A stretch of 62,594 nucleotides of DNA, taken from the NCBI GenBank assembly GCA_038246475.1, contig JBBRVX010000003.1, positions 1 through 62,594 of the forward strand. The letters are read 5' to 3'. Each line of letters begins with the position of its first letter. Positions within the stretch are counted from its first letter, which is position 1. The stretch is from Thermomicrobiales bacterium. Lineage in GTDB: Bacteria; Chloroflexota; Chloroflexia; Thermomicrobiales; UBA6265. The position numbers and the translations under genes were made by a program. This document shows, piece after piece, positions 60,543 through 62,594 of the stretch. Below the pieces are notes generated by a model. The model searched no databases and had not been told where the DNA came from. It worked only from the letters and a program-made list of their open reading frames with translations.

Positions 60543-61250
60543 ATGGAAGTAAACGTCCGCTACTTTGCAATGATCCGGGAAATCGTCGGCCGTTCTTCTG
60601 AGCGTCGCGCGGTCGCCGAGGGCGAGACCATCGGTGGATTCTTCGACGGACTCGTCGCCGAGTTTCCTCGTCTAGAGCAGGTGAAACCGGTTACTCTGCT
60701 CATGGTCAATCAAGCCTATGTACGCGCCGATCATATCCTCCATGATGGAGATGAGGTCGCGTTCATCCCACCGGTAAGTGGTGGATCAGGAGCACGCTTT
60801 CGGGTGCAGGCAGAACCACTCGATGCTCGTGCGACCGAGGCGCTCGTGGCGCATGCCGGCGCCGGCGCGATCACGACGTTTACGGGAACCGTGCGCGATC
60901 ATGGACGAGGGCGGCAGGTAACGCACCTCGAATATGAAGCATATGCGCCCGCCGCTGAGCAAATGCTCGAACAGATTGGTGACGAAATTCGCGACCGATG
61001 GCAGCTTGAGCATGTGGCCATCGTCCATCGCGTGGGCTCGCTGGCGATCGGGGAGTCAAGCGTGGTGATCAGCGTTGCTTCCGCGCACCGGGACGCCGCG
61101 TTCGAGGCGTGCCGGTATGCGATCGAACGCATCAAGGAAATTGTTCCCATATGGAAGAAAGAGCATTACAAAGACGGAGCGACGTGGCTCGGCAGTGAAC
61201 ATGATTACCAGGTGGAGGTCGGAAAGTTGCCCGGAACCTCGTCTCCCTAG
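60543..61250 (+). CDS. moaDE: Fused MoaD-MoaE molybdopterin synthase (MoaX-like)
   Basis: V.YFA...VN..Y...GDEVAFIPPVSGG (MoaD) followed in frame by F.G.VR, LEYEAY, HR.G, HR..AF and PIWKKE (MoaE). Confidence 0.93.
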   Translation: MEVNVRYFAMIREIVGRSSERRAVAEGETIGGFFDGLVAEFPRLEQVKPVTLLMVNQAYVRADHILHDGDEVAFIPPVSGGSGARFRVQAEPLDARATEALVAHAGAGAITTFTGTVRDHGRGRQVTHLEYEAYAPAAEQMLEQIGDEIRDRWQLEHVAIVHRVGSLAIGESSVVISVASAHRDAAFEACRYAIERIKEIVPIWKKEHYKDGATWLGSEHDYQVEVGKLPGTSSP

Positions 61251-61281
61251 CGATGTAGAAGCGACGTGCGGTGCTCGTCAG

Positions 61282-61321
61282 TGGAATTCATTGATCTAAA
61301 ACTCTAGAATGAATTGGAGTT
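61282..61321 (+). promoter_or_regulatory. Putative cysK promoter overlapped by AT-rich inverted repeats
   Basis: TGGAAT-17 nt-TAGAAT; AATTCATT/AATGAATT (61285-61315) and AACTCTA/TGGAGTT (61300-61321). Confidence 0.45.
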
Positions 61322-61360
61322 GGAATTGAGCCGCAGTATTCCATTCAAGGAGACGACACC

Positions 61361-62386
61361 ATGGCGGAAGCAATAGCCGGAAAACGACAGGATATTGACT
61401 TAAGTCTGACTTCGAGGCGAACACGGCCGGCAATCGCAACGGACGCCACTGAACTGATTGGGAACACTCCGCTGGTGCGTCTTTCGCGCTTTGCCGGCGA
61501 TGCTCCTGGCATCCTGGTTGGCAAGCTTGAATCGTTCAGTCCGGGTTTCTCTGTCAAGGATCGCATCGGCGTCGCGATGATCGAAGACGCGGAAGCGAAG
61601 GGTGAAATAGCCCCTGGCAAGACGACGATTGTCGAGCCGACAAGCGGAAACACGGGAATTGCACTGGCCTGGGTCGCCGCGGCGAAAGGATATCGCCTGA
61701 TCCTGACGATGCCGGAGAGTATGAGCCTCGAACGGAGAGTGCTCCTTTTGGGGTATGGGGCAGAGCTTGTCTTGACTCCGGCGTCAGAAGGCATGGCCGG
61801 CGCCGTGCGACGGGCCGAAGCCATCGCGGCGAAGACGCCGGATTCCTGGATCCCGCAACAATTCGAAAATCCGGCGAATCCGGAAGTCCATCGCCGTACA
61901 ACGGCAGTCGAACTTTGGGAGGACACGGGCGGCGAAATCGACATTCTCGTCGCCGGCATAGGCACGGGTGGAACGATAACCGGCGCGGGACAGGTCTTGA
62001 AGCAGCTCAAGCCGTCGTTGCGGGTCGTTGCGGTCGAGCCCACGGAATCGCCTCTCCTGGCGACAGGACAGGCGGGTCCGCACAAGATTCAGGGCATCGG
62101 GGCGAATTTCGTTCCTGGTGTGCTCGACCTTGAAGTGTTCGATGAGATCGTCCATATCGACGCGCAGACCGCCATTGCGGCTCAGATGGAATTGATGCTG
62201 ACCGAGGGCCTTCTGAAGGGCATTTCCTGCGGAGCCGCGGCCGCGGCGGCACGAGAAGTGGCGCGCCGACCAGAGAACGAAGGCAAGCTGATTGTCGCGA
62301 TCTTGCCAGATACGGGAGAACGCTATCTGAGTACGGTGGCGTTCGCCGAGCTGCGCGAACGGGCGGCAGCAATGTCAGCGAAATAG
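61361..62386 (+). CDS. cysK: Cysteine synthase A
   Basis: [38 protein letters not shown] and [10 protein letters not shown]. Confidence 0.96.
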   Translation: MAEAIAGKRQDIDLSLTSRRTRPAIATDATELIGNTPLVRLSRFAGDAPGILVGKLESFSPGFSVKDRIGVAMIEDAEAKGEIAPGKTTIVEPTSGNTGIALAWVAAAKGYRLILTMPESMSLERRVLLLGYGAELVLTPASEGMAGAVRRAEAIAAKTPDSWIPQQFENPANPEVHRRTTAVELWEDTGGEIDILVAGIGTGGTITGAGQVLKQLKPSLRVVAVEPTESPLLATGQAGPHKIQGIGANFVPGVLDLEVFDEIVHIDAQTAIAAQMELMLTEGLLKGISCGAAAAAAREVARRPENEGKLIVAILPDTGERYLSTVAFAELRERAAAMSAK

Positions 62387-62415
62387 CCTCCACGAAAGCA
62401 CCTCAAATCGGAGCT

Positions 62416-62438
62416 GGGGCCGGCATGGAGCTGGCCCC
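62416..62438 (+). terminator. Hairpin after cysK
   Basis: GGGGCCGGC-ATGGA-GCTGGCCCC stem-loop; no U-tract. Confidence 0.45.
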
Positions 62439-62594
62439 TGCGTCAATCCCATACGAGACCGCGGAAAGCACAAGAGACAACTTGGGCTTTGCAGGCAGAT
62501 CACGGATCGTTGCCGATTCCGCGTTGGAATCGGTGCTCATTGTCGCCGGAACTGCATTATCGACCGCTCATGGCGTTGTGTCTGACATGTTCCA

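Noticed and set aside
62387-62594. Start of another gene at the right edge
   Set aside because: Too little sequence to support a call

Overview
GC-rich, gene-dense stretch of a bacterial chromosome made almost entirely of housekeeping genes. The gene set and protein style (large Alu-domain SRP RNA, Tat-exported peptide-binding protein, Firmicutes-like gene orders) suggest Chloroflexota, probably Thermomicrobia; this is an inference. Contents in order: 3' end of an archaeal-type dUTPase/dCTP deaminase, two small hypotheticals, a 2Fe-2S ferredoxin, SRP RNA with a clean sigma70 promoter, sdhBA, an M20 hydrolase, dinG-glpX-rho, a long minus-strand run (SH3 protein, tyrA, Nudix, uvrB, aroQ, Xaa-Pro peptidase, efp, accB, xseAB, AIR-synthase-like, asparaginase), S2P-rrf2-iscS, scpAB, a second S2P, oppDF, GNAT, aldolase, dprA-topA-hslVU, oppBCA, ilvE, fused accDA, an NHLP-clan small protein, FAH-family protein, ABC ATPase, moaC, an SdhD-SdhC fusion, pepA, dnaA, cytochrome c, lgt, PfkB kinase, rel, moeA, fused moaD-moaE and cysK. 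I saw no CRISPR array, tRNA, rRNA, transposase, prophage or defence island. The most unusual item is a stand-alone complex II membrane anchor fused in reversed order (SdhD, an extra TM helix, SdhC) 44 kb from sdhAB. Other oddities: a DinG with a dead exonuclease domain, a Rho with a ~290-aa disordered N-terminus, a hydrolase-intact Rel with the EXDD motif, a dnaA outside the usual origin context, a Met-free cytochrome c, an orphan RiPP-leader-like protein, and several palindrome-rich non-coding stretches. All calls come from motif recognition by eye; no database searches were run.
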